NCBI GenBank assembly: GCA_030324005.1
Contig: JARDVH010000059.1
Location: forward strand, 73,237,837 to 73,301,836
Reading direction: 5' to 3'
Length of the DNA stretch: 64,000 nucleotides
Origin: Negaprion brevirostris
Lineage: Eukaryota
Shown: positions 10,431 through 25,000 of the stretch, one piece after another
Layout of the letters: each line of letters starts with the position of its first letter
How positions within the stretch are numbered: the first letter of the stretch is position 1
Made by a program: the position numbers and the translations under genes
The notes under the pieces: model-generated
Database searches by the model: none
What the model saw: only the letters and a program-made list of their open reading frames with translations
Told to the model about the DNA's origin: nothing

Positions 10431-11734
10431 TTCCAACTGACCCTTTAGAAGCAAACTGGGACTATCTGACAAATTTCATAGTGTTACAAAAGAGTGGGAT
10501 GGAGTCGAAATGGACCTGGGAAATGGGACCAAAAACAATTGTTTCAGTCTTTGCAGTATTTAATTGGAGAAAATTTCTGATTAAGTACAAGTTCTGTTCA
10601 TACAATGCTTTAATTAAAAGTGATTTTGAAATGTTCGATTGTTACGTAATATTTTCATGATACTTCTAACATATTAAAATGGTAATGGGTATCCACAGTG
10701 ATTACAGTACTTCACATGACTTTACTTAATGAATAACTCATTGATCTTCAGTGCTGCTCACGGGCAATTTGAAATCAAGAGAATGGATGTATACCAGGAA
10801 TTTCCTCAGGGCTTCACTCTCTTTGCTGCCATTTATCTCCATAAATGGAGTTTCCACAGGACTTCTGCCAAAGTTACGGCAGCTCAGCAGGAAAAATCTG
10901 AAGGCAGTAACATTCAGACGCAGAGATGAAAAGGTATTCACTATGGCCTGTCCCTTAAAGCGCTGTTCAAGTACCTCCCTGGGGAAAATGGCCTAAATAG
11001 CTACATCCTGAAACCAACGAGAGGCTAAATCATTGAGTGAAGTTTCTGTGGATTGGCAGCTGTTTGCAAATCTCCTGCTCCCTTTGGGAAAAATACTTTG
11101 GCACTTGAAGCATGACATCTATTTCAAGATTGGATGCTAATTGTCTGGATACAAGTAGAGACTCCTCCAACACGTATTTTTGGGTCTCGTCAATGTCAGG
11201 AACAGGGCATGAAAATTACGAGGCTGGTTAGGGTGCCCGATTCCTGACCTTGTTCCTAACATTGGCCATTTTGTCCAACATGGGTTTAGGGCCATGAGGT
11301 GGGTAGCCAACTAGGCTCATGAAGCACCTTTGATGAGTAGNNNNNNNNNNNNNNNNNNNNNNNNNNNNNNNNNNNNNNNNNNNNNNNNNNNNNNNNNNNN
11401 NNNNNNNNNNNNNNNNNNNNNNNNNNNNNNNNNNNNNNNNAGTAGGGTTAGGAAGGCCAACTGCAATTTTTCAATTCAGCCTCCAATTTCCCGAAGCAGG
11501 CAGATAAACGGCCTGAATGCTGGGCATCCAGCAGCAGGCTGGGGTGCCAATGCTCCTGGCAAGCTTACAAGGTTGTTTTGCCTTCCTGGTATGGTGTGCA
11601 ACCAAAGGAGAGGCTCTTCCAACATTTTCCCCACAAGGATGACAGACTAATTTTTGCATTTATATTATTAAGATTCTAGCTGAGAGAGGCATATTCTCTT
11701 CCACCTTTTTCCATTGGGAAAAAATACAAAAGTC

Positions 11735-11935
11735 TGTGGTCATGTATCAACCAACTCAAGAACAGCTTCTTCCCTGCTGCTAGGTCCAGACTTTTGAATG
11801 GACTTACCTTGCATTAAGTTGAAATTTTCTGCACACTCTCCTTTCCTCCTTTATGAATGGTATGCTTTGTATAGCATGCAAGAAACAATAGTTTTCACCA
11901 TATGCTAATACATATGACAATAATAAATCATATCA
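11735..11935 (+). mobile_element. Rex-Babar-like LINE 3' end
   Basis: QLKNSFFPAA C-terminal motif plus 3' UTR ending aataataaatcatatca; reverse copy at 38840-39001. Confidence 0.7.
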
Positions 11936-12427
11936 GTTTTTTAATGAAAAGTTATTTACAGTTACATACTGCAGCTGGTGCTGCGCTGAAGCAACAAAGT
12001 TTCTGATCAGCCCTTCAGTGAGGAGAGTCTACTTGCTGCTTTTAATTGGACAGGGATCCTTATTCCAAACCAGTTAAGACCATGCCCATGTGAAAATTCA
12101 GACTTTAATCAGCCTCCTAGTGGAGGTTAATTCAGGACTTGCCCTGACATTTGCTTGTCACCTCAATGAGGAAAATTCAGCTCTGATGCTTTATGAACCA
12201 GGATAAGCCTTGCCATTCACATAGTAGGATACTAGTATGTTTATACAGGAAGAGAGCTCATCATTTACAGCATTAGATGATGAGGCCCCAAAACTCTGGA
12301 AAATGTGAATTACATCTGGCCATCCCAAAACTTGGGAAAGGGATTATTTACACAATCAGGGTGGTGCTATGAAGGCATCTGAGATGCCCACCCTGATGTT
12401 TCAGTGGAACATATGATAATAGCACCC

Positions 12428-12884
12428 ATTGAAACCCAAAAGTGCAGAAGGAAGCCTTTCAGCCCACTGAGTCTGCACCGATCCTCTGAAAGAGCATTCT
12501 ACCTAGGCCCTCCTCTGCCCTCCATGCCCATAACCCCACGCATTGGCAAATCCACCCAACCTGCACATCTTTGGACTGTGGGAGGAAACCNNNNNNNNNN
12601 NNNNNNNNNNNNNNNNNNNNNNNNNNNNNNNNNNNNNNNNNNNNNNNNNNNNNNNNNNNNNNNNNNNNNNNNNNNNNNNNNNNNNNNNNNACACATTAGG
12701 GGCATGGCCAATCCACCCAACCTGCACATCTTTGGACTGTGGGAGGAAACCAGAGTACCCAGAGGAAGCCCACGCAGGCACAGAGAGAACGTACAAACTC
12801 CACACAGTCACCCAAGGTCAGAATCAAACCCAGATCCCTGGTGCCATGAGGCAGCAGAGCTAACCACTGTGCCACCATGCCACC
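12428..12884 (-). mobile_element. HE1-type SINE spanning a 100-N gap
   Basis: HE1 reverse complement; aatccacccaacctgcacatctttggactgtgggaggaaacc is present on both sides of the gap. Confidence 0.88.
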
Positions 12885-15800
12885 TGGTATTCTGATATGA
12901 TTCTGAAGTGCAAGAATGGTTGAAGACATAAGGCAAGTTTCAACTCGAGGACTACACTGGCATATTTTTAAAGAAAATTAATTGCTTCTGTAATGAATTA
13001 CTTTTCTCTTGACAAATCCAGAATGGAACTTTCACCAGCTCTTACAAACCAAATGAAAGGCCAGTTATAGGACCTGGCTAAGAAACTTCCAAATTTGAGA
13101 GTTCTTGCTATTGAGCCTTAATCATCATTTGCCATTTCCATAGGGGAATGATGCACTGATACAGATGAGGCACATCAGCCTCCATTGCAGTACATTTGAG
13201 CATCAACAATGAGATCTAGAGCCAGCATTATAGAGAAAATAATTTTAAAAAGTGAGTTAAAGAATCACTTCCTGGAACCACTCCCTCACTAAGGCACAGG
13301 GTTCAACAAGGATGAAGCTGCACCAGTTTCCTTGTGTATGGAATAGGGTGTTTTAGGATACCAGTGACCACCCATGGAATTTTAGGGACAATAGTCTCCT
13401 GGTTCTGATTTATTGCCCTTTTTAAATAGGGCACAAATGAGACTCTTTCCAGTTGGCGGGGCACTGAATTCTCTACTAAATATTTGAACTGGTTGTTTCC
13501 ATAATGCAACTTTCTTCATCAGCATTCTTTCTGTTTTCTGCTGCAACTACAATTGTGGCCAGCAGTCCAATTTGCTTTGCCTGGAAGAGCTACAGGAACA
13601 ATTTATTTTAGGCTATTGATTGAACCAAGATGAGGAACTTGGCTGGGTTCCTCAGTCCTTTCCCCATGCCTGCTATCATTTGCTGTGCCTCTCTGGCAGG
13701 AGGGATAAAGAATGTATAGAGGTGTTGGTAAGGGCTGGGATGCAGAATTAGGTCTCTCCAGTTGTCCCAACTCAGGCAGTACTGAAGGAAATGGTCTTTG
13801 CGTACAGTTTATTGTCATTTGGAATATCAAAAACAACTAAAGCTCTTATAAGAACTCAGTCATCATATCAAATCATTGCATGTTGGGTCAATGGTCCAAC
13901 ACTGATTCTGATACCGATACCAATATCAGTAGAGAGAGGTCATAGTATTATTAATGCATTATTCCCCATTCTGATCCGATCTCAGTTACAATGTGCAAAA
14001 TGCACAGCAGAGAAGCCAGGCAACTCCCTGTCAAGGGAGGGGCAAAGGAATGGATTGTTCCCTTCAGGAACTGTGAAATCGTTCCTGGCAGTTGGCACCA
14101 GATGATGGTCTGGGAATGGATCGCCAGCCTGCATTCCCAGATGCACCAGACCCAGAAGAACTTAGAGAAGAGAAAGCAGAGGAACATTTTAAAGGTGCAT
14201 ATTTCATTGGAAGATAAATAGCCTGAAAAGCATCTTCATCTGCAGGTGTTGCAATTTTCAATATCAAAGACAAATAGTGTGATTACAGAGAGGGAGAGCT
14301 CATCAATCACTGTATCAAATACAACACATTAAGAAGCATTGGCATTCACAAAACACAAAAGGCTTTGCTTCATCAGGTTGCGTGCTTTAAATTGAACTGA
14401 ATTCTGTTTTTCTTTATTGACATAATCTTCTGATTCAGTGGGATCGTTATTAGTTTATGTCAAAGAATGGTAGACTTGGTAAAATTCACAGTTACTGCAA
14501 TACAAAAATGCCTTGGAATGTAAGCATGTGACAGTTGTACAGTTTACTGGTATGTCAAGAGGAAACTGAAAAAGGTGGTCCACTTAGCTGAGTACATGGC
14601 GGGAGTCTGGATGGGTCATAACTTGTCAGGTTAGATTCCAACAGATGAGATCATATTGGTCATTTTATAAAAGATTCTAGCCTAGCAAGTTGAAGAGTGA
14701 ATTCTGAATATTGTTATGGTTGATATCTACCCCAGTAAAAGAACGCCACTTCCACACTTCTGTCATGAGTATTCCCACAGCCATATCACCTCTCATCATA
14801 TAAAAGCTGAGCTGGAAGGATGATGTTTATATATATCTTAGATAAGGGACAATTTACTTAAGGTTCGCTGGTTTCCAACTTCAATTTTTCTCTCCCTTCT
14901 CTTTTTTCTCTCTTTCTCTTTTCCCTATGTCCTGTCCCACAGGGTCCTAATTAGCGCTACTGCATCCATTCCTCGAAATGGGACAAAGCTGAGAGGGATT
15001 CTTTTTCCTACTCATAAGAGTTAGTGTATGACCTGGTGACTCGGTCATGTTAATATGATGTGATTATTTGAGACATCCACGGAGTGTCGGGGCTTTTTAT
15101 TCTCAAACGTCAAAGAAGATTGTAAAAAGGATTCAGAGAATTTAAGCTATGGAAGAAGGAAAATTAAAATGCTGTGTTGTATTTCCACAGTAACCATGTG
15201 GATATTTCTGTCTAGTTCATTATTAAATTTAATGGGCATGAAATTGCCTTGTGTAGTGCTGCTCTGGAGGCCTTGCACTACTCTACCTGTCAGCTCCATG
15301 CTGCCTGTGGTTGCTTACATTGTTGTATAAGAAAGGTCTGTGCAACAACAATGCAAGCATCATCTGTGGCTGGTTAGTTGGTCAGGGTGAGGTCAAGTTG
15401 CTTTTCCTTCTTGTTGATTCTCTCATCATATGCAGGCCCAGTCCAGCAACTATGTTCTTCAATACTCAGCAAACAGTGGTGCTACAGNNNNNNNNNNNNN
15501 NNNNNNNNNNNNNNNNNNNNNNNNNNNNNNNNNNNNNNNNNNNNNNNNNNNNNNNNNNNNNNNNNNNNNNNNNNNNNNNNNNNNNNNNNNNNNNNNNNNN
15601 NNNNNNNNNNNNNNNNNNNNNNNNNNNNNNNNNNNNNNNNNNNNNNNNNNNNNNNNNNNNNNNNNNNNNNNNNNNNNNNNNNNNNNNNNNNNNNNNNNNN
15701 NNNNNNNNNNNNNNNNNNNNNNNNNNNNNNNNNNNNNNNNNNNNNNNNNNNNNNNNNNNNNNNNNNNNNNNNNNNNNNNNNNNNNNNNNNNNNNNNNNNN

Positions 15801-15894
15801 NNNNNNNNNNNNNNNNNNNNNNNNNNNNNNNNNNNNNNNNNNNNNNNNNNNNNNNNNNNNNNNNNNNNNNNNNNNNNNNNNNNNNNNNNNNNNN

Positions 15895-15972
15895 ATGATC
15901 TTATTGAATGGCGGGGCAGGCTCGAAGGGCTAGATGGCTTACTCCTGCTCCTATTTCTTATGTTCTTATGTA
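15895..15972 (+). mobile_element. CR1 3' tail after an N-masked block
   Basis: atgatcttattgaatggcggggcaggctcgaagggctagatggcttactcctgctcctatttcttatgttcttatg. Confidence 0.85.
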
Positions 15973-15979
15973 CTCTCAG

Positions 15980-16645
15980 AGTGCATTCCAGACTTTAACT
16001 ACACGCTGTGTAATAAATTTGTTTCCCATATCACTTTTATTTCTTTATCCAATTATTTTAAATTTGCGCCCTTGACCTTTTCAAGAACGGAATCAGTTTA
16101 TCCCTATCTACCTTGTCCAGACCCCTCATGATTTTGAATATCTCTATCAAATCTCCTCTGAGTTCTCTTTAGTCCAAGTAAAATGGTCCTAACTTCTCCA
16201 CTCTATCTCCATAACTGATATTCCTTATCTCTGGAATCATTCTCATAAATGCTTTCTGCACTCTGTCCAACGTCTTTGCATTTTTCCTAAAGAGCAGCAT
16301 TCACAACTGGATAGAATTACACCAGCAGAAACCAAACTAATGTCCTATACAACTTCAAAATAACCTATAAATAAATCCTGGGAGACTGTACGCTTTTCTA
16401 ATCACTCTCTCAACGTACCCTAACAATTCAATGACTTATACATGTATCCAGATCCCTCTGCTCCTGCAATCCCTTTAGAATTGTTTGATTTTATATTGTC
16501 CCTCCATGTATTTCCTTCACTTCACATTTCTCCACATTGAACTTTATTTGCCACCTGTCTCCCCATCCACTATCTTTCGTAAGACCACCTATATTCTACA
16601 CTAACCCCCCTCAGTTCATACCACTTCCAAGTTTTGTATCGCAAG
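15980..16645 (-). mobile_element. CR1 LINE ORF2 C-terminal fragment, degenerate
   Basis: Reverse strand gives RGDLIEIFKIMRGLDKV and a DTKLG-like RT end; heavily decayed. Confidence 0.8.
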
Positions 16646-16789
16646 AGCTGACTATGTTGGGCTGTTCCTTGACTAAAATATAAACAGGAAACACAAGACT
16701 ACTGAGTGGGTCAGACTGTGGAGAGAGAGAGAATTAACCAATGGAATCTTCTGTTCATGGAAAGGGTCCTACCTGTGGGTTGGTGTGCT

Positions 16790-17332
16790 GGTGAAAGACC
16801 CTTGCTGCATCTTCATGGGAAAGCCTGTCAGATCTTGTGGTAATCGGGCAGATCCAGAGACACCAATGGGCCTTCCTCCAGAATCAAGCCCCCAGAGGTG
16901 TAAGTCCCACCTGTCAAGAGATGCTGGCCAATCAGATTGATAGTACTATGGAGAAAGCTGTGGCTACTACGAGAGCAGCAACCCTCCCCCTCACTACTCC
17001 CTAAATCCACCNNNNNNNNNNGGCATCCTCGAGAGGTACATAATGGGGTGCAGATTGTGCGGTGAGGAGGATGGGGGATCGGAAGCTAGGGCAAGTGGGT
17101 GGTTGTCAGTGGCCACCTCACCTGCTCCGTATCCTCAATATACGCAGATTAACACACAGTAAGGAACTAGATGAACCCCCTGCCCAACCTCCAGATGACA
17201 TGCAGCCCACACAGCTTAACCAATAATGCAGGCTACATGTTGGTGGGCCTGCTGGAGCTGAGGACATAGTAGCAGAGGCACTTTATTGGCCATTAATTGA
17301 CCACATGAGTCTCAAATGGAGGTGGGGAGGGA
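16790..17332. mobile_element. ccaatcag-family non-autonomous repeat
   Basis: tggccaatcagattgatag and ttattggccattaattgaccacatgagtctcaaatgg motifs. Confidence 0.55.
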
Positions 17333-17814
17333 NNNNNNNNNNNNNNNNNNNNNNNNNNNNNNNNNNNNNNNNNNNNNNNNNNNNNNNNNNNNNNNNNNNN
17401 NNNNNNNNNNNNNNNNNNNNNNNNNNNNNNNNNNNNNNNNNNNNNNNNNNNNNNNNNNNNNNNNNNNNNNNNNNNNNNNNNNNNNNNNNNNNNNNNNNNN
17501 NNNNNNNNNNNNNNNNNNNNNNNNNNNNNNNNNNNNNNNNNNNNNNNNNNNNNNNNNNNNNNNNNNNNNNNNNNNNNNNNNNNNNNNNNNNNNNNNNNNN
17601 NNNNNNNNNNNNNNNNNNNNNNNNNNNNNNNNNNNNNNNNNNNNNNNNNNNNNNNNNNNNNNNNNNNNNNNNNNNNNNNNNNNNNNNNNNNNNNNNNNNN
17701 NNNNNNNNNNNNNNNNNNNNNNNNNNNNNNNNNNNNNNNNNNNNGTAGGTGTTGATGTGATCGGCGCAACTCGTGGGCCGAAGGGCCTGTTTGTGCTGTA
17801 GTGTTCTATGTTCT

Positions 17815-18068
17815 ATTTCTGAGAGTGGTTCAGATTCAATTACATTCCTATGGGTCTGCAGACACATATAGGCAAGACTGGGTAAAGATGGCAGATTCCT
17901 TTCCCTCAAGGAACCAGATGGGTTTAAAAGTCACCATTTCTAATTCTAGCTTTTGATTCCGGTTAATTACTTAATTAATGACAACTGAACTCTCCAGCTA
18001 ATGATCTCTGGATCATTAGTCAATGCTTCTGGGTTACAAGTTCAGTAACTTCTTAACCACTTTGCACC
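17815..18068 (-). mobile_element. Second tRNA-derived SINE family (non-HE1), decayed
   Basis: cacatataggcaagactgggtaaagatggcagattcctttccct...gaaccagatggg; homologous to 51958-52285. Confidence 0.7.
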
Positions 18069-21000
18069 CATAAAAGAGCCCCATTGCTTCAGCCAAGCAT
18101 GTGAGAATGGTTTGCAGTCTTTTCAATGTGTATAAGTTGGTCCTCTCTGTGCTTGGATTGTGTATAGTCATGTATTTATATTTTGCTTTAACTGTATGCA
18201 TGAATCCAAGTTGGTGCCCTTAAATGATCTCTCAGACTATACCCATGGTTTAACACTATTGTACTTCATTCTACCTGATCGCCAAGCCTTATTTAGGAAT
18301 GATTCAACAAGTATATCCATTGGAGTTGGCATTTGGATTTTCTTTTGATCAGTTTTTCTTTTTGTTCTGTGATTATTGTTTGTGTTCTAAGCTGATTGAA
18401 AAGAAGGCTGAGCTGAATATTAGTATCATTTGAGGTATCAGAAGGCCATGTGTTTGTATTCTGTAATTGCTGCGAACGCGTAGAGAACTGTGAGTGGACT
18501 GTCACTGTTGCCTCAGGAACCAGAGTCCAGTCTTGCATTGCAACTGTAAGATTTCAAGAAAATTACATGTTGGCATCTCAGAGATTGTATACAAAGGATG
18601 GTACTGAATTATGTAATTGCCGCAAGTATGTACATTTTCTTTCACTTTGGATGATGCATTAAATATCAATGCATGTTTCATAAATCTGCTTTTTGTGGCT
18701 AATAGTTTTTTTTATTCAAATACTGGGGCTAAATGTTTGTCAGGGTTCGGAAGCATGTTTCAGGGCACACTTTGTTTTTTGTGAAGGAAATCCAATTTTT
18801 CCAACCCCATGTCATTTTCTGTGGTCAGGGCTGCAGGTCAGGAATGGCTAGTGTGCCAAATGCACATCTACCCTGTCATTGGGGTATGACTGCACATTAT
18901 AAATTGGAGACAGAAGTTAGATTTTCTCCAGCACACCATTTTGGTCTAATTGTGCTGGGCTTGGAAGCATAGCAGGTTCACAGGTTCATGAAAAAAAATG
19001 TAAAGCCAGCTTGAGGAATATGAAGCATTCTAAAAGCAAAGTGTAAAGCATTTTCACAACTATTAGATGCTGTATTTTAACATAGACGTGTTTTTCATGC
19101 AATATGGATAATCATCATGTGGATCTGTCTTTAAAGGTAAATTGACTCTTACATTGACTAGGCTTGTGTATTTCTTCACATGCACTACAGTACTTTTTCA
19201 ATGGCAAAAGGCAGCATGGTGCAGTGAAAAATATATTAAATTTACCTGTCTGTCTCTGCTATCACCTTTTCTACTGTGACTTAAATGGCTCTGAATTTTT
19301 TGTTTGGAAAACCTGGTTTTGGCAATTGGAAAAAATACATCTAACTATCTGTTTCTTGACATTAATTAACAGGCACTCCACTTTGAAACTGAAATGAGCA
19401 CTTGCTGTTTTTTTTCCCTCCCCAGAGAGTAGTCTATTGTTTAGACAGCTGTGGCCATTATCAATGCTTGACTGAGCTTCAAGCCTGAATGAGTTCCAGC
19501 ACAATAGGTGTTCCATTCATCTGAGAATGAATGCCAAAGTTGAGAAGTTTTAATAACAGATTTTGTCTTTGATATGTTTTCTGGTTTGTTAAGAAGCTAA
19601 TAGGATTACAAGTTTTGCAATGTTTTTGTTCACATGTCAAATGCATGTTTTCTCTTTGTATCAATGATATGACGTTTTGATTAGAAAGTGAGAGATTTTT
19701 TAAGGAATGAAATATTTTCAATTGATATTGCGAGGCAAGGAGAATGCATGTAGAACATATTGGGTGAATGGTTAAGGAGGCTACGTTTGGGGGGCACAGG
19801 GTAGGATAGATTATCTGAGATGGATCATGGGCTAGTGGGTGGCACAGTGATCTGTGGTGGCATGGCTGAGGTAGGGGGGCATGGTTTGCATTGGNNNNNN
19901 NNNNNNNNNNNNNNNNNNNNNNNNNNNNNNNNNNNNNNNNNNNNNNNNNNNNNNNNNNNNNNNNNNNNNNNNNNNNNNNNNNNNNNNNNNNNNNATGTAG
20001 GGGGGCATGGTTTGCATTGGGGTTAGGTAAAGGCTTGGCTTTAGAGGTCTTAAAACACTACTGGAAGCCAGGATACTGTGTTAGAGAACCAAGGCTCCCC
20101 TTTTAACTGGCCCACCTTCATAGCCACACTCCTCTTCATTGCTTCACAGCTCCCACATTGCACTGCAAACCTGACCCTGGTGTAAAAAGACAAAAATAAC
20201 ATGCAAAGTGGTACATGGGTCAGGGTTGTAGTTTGCGAGCCATGGAAGTGCACAGATTGGGTTTTCCTGAGCTCATTGGAGGGTTCAACGCCAGAGAACT
20301 GATGAGAACTACACGAGGCAAGTTAAGGATATATCCTACAGTATAGACAATGATGTTCTTAATTGGAATAAGGAGATGCCCTTAAGGATTAAGTAAAGAG
20401 TCCGTTTGAAAAATTAGAAAACATGCAAATATTAAGATGTAAGCTTTTCAATGTTTACATCTTATTAAATAGTGTTCACAACAAAATGCTTCATAAATTC
20501 CTACAGGAATGTTTCCTGTCATTGCAAGGAACAATTATACTCATCATTTATGTCCACTGTTTAATGGATTTTTGAAAGGTAAACTCATAGCTTTGCATAT
20601 TCCAGGAGAGACATCTCAGACTCCACAAATAATTCAATACTGAAAGGATAATCCAAAATGTTCTTTTAAATAAGCCATTGTCCAAATGTTATACAGAATA
20701 CCTCCGAAGAAGTGAATGCAATTATTCCTGTTTTCACTAGGATAGAAATGCATATTGCATTAGACTGTCCAGTCACATGCTGAGCATCTTGCAAAGATTA
20801 TCACATGCCAGTCACACTAAGCCTCAGTGGTGCCGCTCTGTATCATTATTTTCAGCATCAATTAATACTCCCCTGACCTGATCTTTTGAAAAACTTGCAG
20901 AGAATTATCAGTGCATCTTTTTCAGCCTGTTGTGAAGGCATTAGGATGGCATATGATTGAAAAATGGTAGACCAAACAACATACTTTTCCATCTGCAAAG

Positions 21001-21806
21001 TTTTTAAGGCTTTTCCACAAGCCTTGGGGACAAATAAAAGGGAAGACTGAATAATCCAGGTGGTAAAGATAGACTAACTGAGGAATAATGGCAGGTTAAC
21101 ATTCCAGATGGAATACGTTAGATCAACAGCAGCTGAAAATGGTGATCCCACTATGTGTGCAAACAGAAGAAAAATGTCCAAACTGTCATGATCCTCTGAT
21201 TAAAGGATCTGTTGTGTACACTGGTCAACCTTTATCCTGAACCCTTATTAGACTTCATTTCTTTTCTTCCACATAGCATTCAAAATCACTGAAAGGGTCA
21301 TGCTTTTGCAGTTAACTCTTTGCAAGCTCTTGAGTCGTTGTAGCTTTCACATTACAGATATATTTTCATTCATGCATAGATAAAAATGATTGTTGGCGAA
21401 TTCCATTCTCTGGAAAACAGCACAGTTCTACAGAATGTTGCTTAATTAATATTTTTGGGATTAACAAATACATTTAGTTGTGATTATTTTTGAATGTTGT
21501 GTTAAATAACAATGCAGCATTCTAAAGATTCATCCTTAAGGCACTGAAAGGTCCAACTAGTCCCCCAAATCAGCCAGTATATTTTTAGATTTTCAGCTTA
21601 CACACCGTATTCTGGATAAGACTTTCTTTTAAAAGCTAGCAGAATATATTTGAAGGTAGAACTATACAAATAAATATTTGAAGTAATTTTAAATAAAATC
21701 AACTTTAAAAAAAAATGCTTTTGGATTCATTGGTTCTGTTTTCCTCTATTTTTGATTCTTCGCCAACCATTCTCCAACATTTATTATTTAAATGAATTTG
21801 AACTCT

Positions 21807-22081
21807 GTTGCATAATGGTTAGCACTGCTGCCTCACAGCGCCAGGGACCGGATTTCGACTCCCACCTTGGGTCACTGTCTGTGCGGAGTCTGCACATTCT
21901 CCTTGTGCCTGCATGCGTTTCCTCCCACAGTCCAAAACACATGAGGGTTATGTGCATTGGCCATGCTAAATTCTCCCTCAGTGTACTCAAACAAGCACTA
22001 GAGTGTGGCAACGCAGGGATTTTCACAGTAACTTCATTGCGGTGTTAATGGAAGCCTACTTTTGACACTAATAAATAAACT
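21807..22081 (+). mobile_element. HE1-like SINE with alternative tail
   Basis: tggttagcactgctgcctcacagcgccagggacc head; tail gggattttcacagtaacttcattgc...gacactaataaataaac. Confidence 0.9.
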
Positions 22082-25000
22082 GAATGTCTACCTATAATAT
22101 TTTCTTCTGATGGGCCTGTAGCTTTTTTTTAAAAAACTAGCATGCGGTAATAAAGTTTCAAATAGAGCAAGGTAAGATGCAGCATGGCAGCATATTAAGA
22201 GAGCCACACAGGGCCTGAGGCTGAAGTTTGGAACTTCAATGGATAAGTCTGAGTTTTTGGATAATGTTTTCACACATGATGCATTTGATTTCTGAAGCAG
22301 TGTGAAGCAGTGCAGTTAATAACTGTTGCTGATGTTCCGCTGCTACTCTTCTAACCTGGTGTGGTTCAACTGGATCCAGCATCCCTCCCTTGCTTTCTTT
22401 GTCGAAGTCCCTGCTTTAGCTCTGCTTTGAAGTAGACATGTTGTAGCTGACCAGAACAAAATGTATTTGCAGATTTATTGTGTGTAAAAGAAATTATTAA
22501 TGCATAATTGTTTGATTAAATGTCAGATTCTTTACTCGAATAACCAGAGGCCCTGTAGTTTTCTGGCAGTGAGGTGGTTGCGCTGACTATCAGTACCAGG
22601 GCTGGGAATTCATTCCTAAGGCATTCTCCAACTAAAACATTAATGTTAGACTTTTGGCTTGGATTGTAACAGTCATTGAAGTGGAGTAGCTATTTATTAG
22701 TTGAGATCCAGACAACAGCTGCTGATATTTTTAATAAAAGGCATTTGCGAGTTGAAGAGAAAGCTGCTTCCAGCAATGGATGAAGCGATCAGGAGAAACA
22801 CCACCAAGAACTTTGGAAAAATCCCATTGGGTGTATGAGAAAATATAGTTCCCGTCAAAATGTTATTCATTGGAATTTATTCTGCCATTGTGTCTTAGTA
22901 CTATCCCTGCATGTGGTGTAATATTATACCAGTAAAACGGAAAGGGACCAATTGTTTTCACTTCACATTACCTTGGAACCGTCCAATATTTCTGATTCAA
23001 AACTGTGTTGGGAGCTGTGAAAAAGAGTAGAACACAAATAACAAATCAGGAGTAATATTGTCTAAAATCTGAGTGTTAATTTATTCAGATATAACATAGT
23101 TTCAGGGAAAGCTTAGTCTTCTCAGTGGAGGGTCAGGGCATGTCAAATTAGCAGAATAGACCTCTTAGGTTTTGCCACCAAAGCAGTGAAAATATATTTA
23201 AAATGTACAAAGTCAGGATGTAGTGAAATTAGGATTATTGTTGTCGCTCGTCAGTCCTTAACATGTATTAACGTCAGACTGCAGTGTGACTGAATTTGGA
23301 AGCCAGTGACATTCACCCAAGCAGGACAGAAATAAATGCCCTGTTTGATTAAAAAAAAACAGACAATTTATATATACCCTGAAGAGTTAACAGCTAGTGA
23401 GCCATTCCTGTGGGTCAAGTGCTGCATTTGCATTTTGATGGGATGTTATCAAGTAATTAATGCACCAGTCAGAATTTATTACCTCAGGAGTGAATTGAAA
23501 GGTTCATTACAAAATCGGTTTCAGTGGAAGATAGGCATTTCCTCAGAGTTAGCTTTTGACATGTTGTTCCTCGCACACTCTGCNNNNNNNNNNNNNNNNN
23601 NNNNNNNNNNNNNNNNNNNNNNNNNNNNNNNNNNNNNNNNNNNNNNNNNNNNNNNNNNNNNNNNNNNNNNNNNNNNNNNNNNNNNNNNNNNNNNNNNNNN
23701 NNNNNNNNNNNNNNNNNNNNNNNNNNNNNNNNNNNNNNNNNNNNNNNNNNNNNNNATGAATAATTTAAAGATCAGCAAACTTCACATTTAATAAGCTGTA
23801 TCAGATTATTAAACTTAAGTGCACTGTTTAGAGAAAACATGCAAAACACTTTTGGCTCTTCATTAAGTTAAGGCAAAAGGAGGGAGCAAGTTACTGTAGC
23901 ATTTGTGTTTCAGAAGGAACAGCTGTTTTTCTCACTCCTGTAGCCTATTTCTTATGTAGTGAAGGCCACTGCACAAAGGCATAATGGGAAATTTGAGCAG
24001 CAATCAAATTATAGCTATAAAATGAAACTGCAGACAGTTGTGGAAACAGTGTAGAATGAACTATCCTTCCTTCACGACAGCTTGAAACACTACTCCTAGA
24101 TAGCCATATATTTCTGGATTTTTAGTTCAAGACGAATGTAGCTTTTGTTTGGCAGTTCACTTTATGTTGTACTAGTCAATAATAAAAGCTTTACATTTTG
24201 TAACATGAAATGAATATTATTGTATGTAATGGAGGTTGAGATTTGTAACTGTTGTGTTGCATGTTTTACATCGTTATATTCTGTCAATTCATGCTAAATA
24301 AATAACCCAGCTTCTACCAAATTTTGTATCTGACATGTACCAGGAAAGCTTGCTTTGCAGAAATTCAAGAAATACATCTGGTATGCAAAGTTGATTTGCA
24401 ATAAACAAAAATAGATTTATAAAATAAAAAATCTATTGTGTACCTTAATTTTTAAGAAGCTACATTTGGATGGAATAGACAAAAATGAACTTTTTTTGTC
24501 ACTATTTGAGCTATCAAACCAAGGTTAGTTTTATAGAGCTTTTAAAACACTTTATCGTTCTGCAAAACATCAGTTTCATCAGAGCTCAGAAGTGTTGAAT
24601 TTTTTATAAATCTAATGGCTCTACCAATGTAAATGGTCCTGTAACTGTTGTATACCACTGCTGTTTCATTGCAATGAATATAAATCCTTTCTAAAAAAAA
24701 AAGCATGAAGTTAATGATAAGCTTGTCGTTGTTTGATTTGGGATGGGTTTAAACCACAGTGGGCAGGCCTCTAAAATGGCCAGCGAGTTACCTATTTGAA
24801 GTATAATTTTTGGATTGATTGCAATGGTTTTCGTTGTTTTTTGGGGGTGGGGGGTGGGGTGGAAGAAATCTACCAGCGAGCATGTGCTATTTAACCTGTA
24901 CTCCAACCTGCCACAGTAGACAGCCCAGCCGAGTTCTTTGTTCTTCCTCGGGTTAATGGAGATTGAGAAGATGGGCAGGGAAGAAGCAGTGTAATTTTCT

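Noticed and set aside
12545-12750. Tandem duplication within a SINE
   Set aside because: The duplicated segment flanks an exact 100-N gap and is likely contig overlap
15311-17909. Long ORFs of 150-208 aa in the track
   Set aside because: They are open only because they read through N runs
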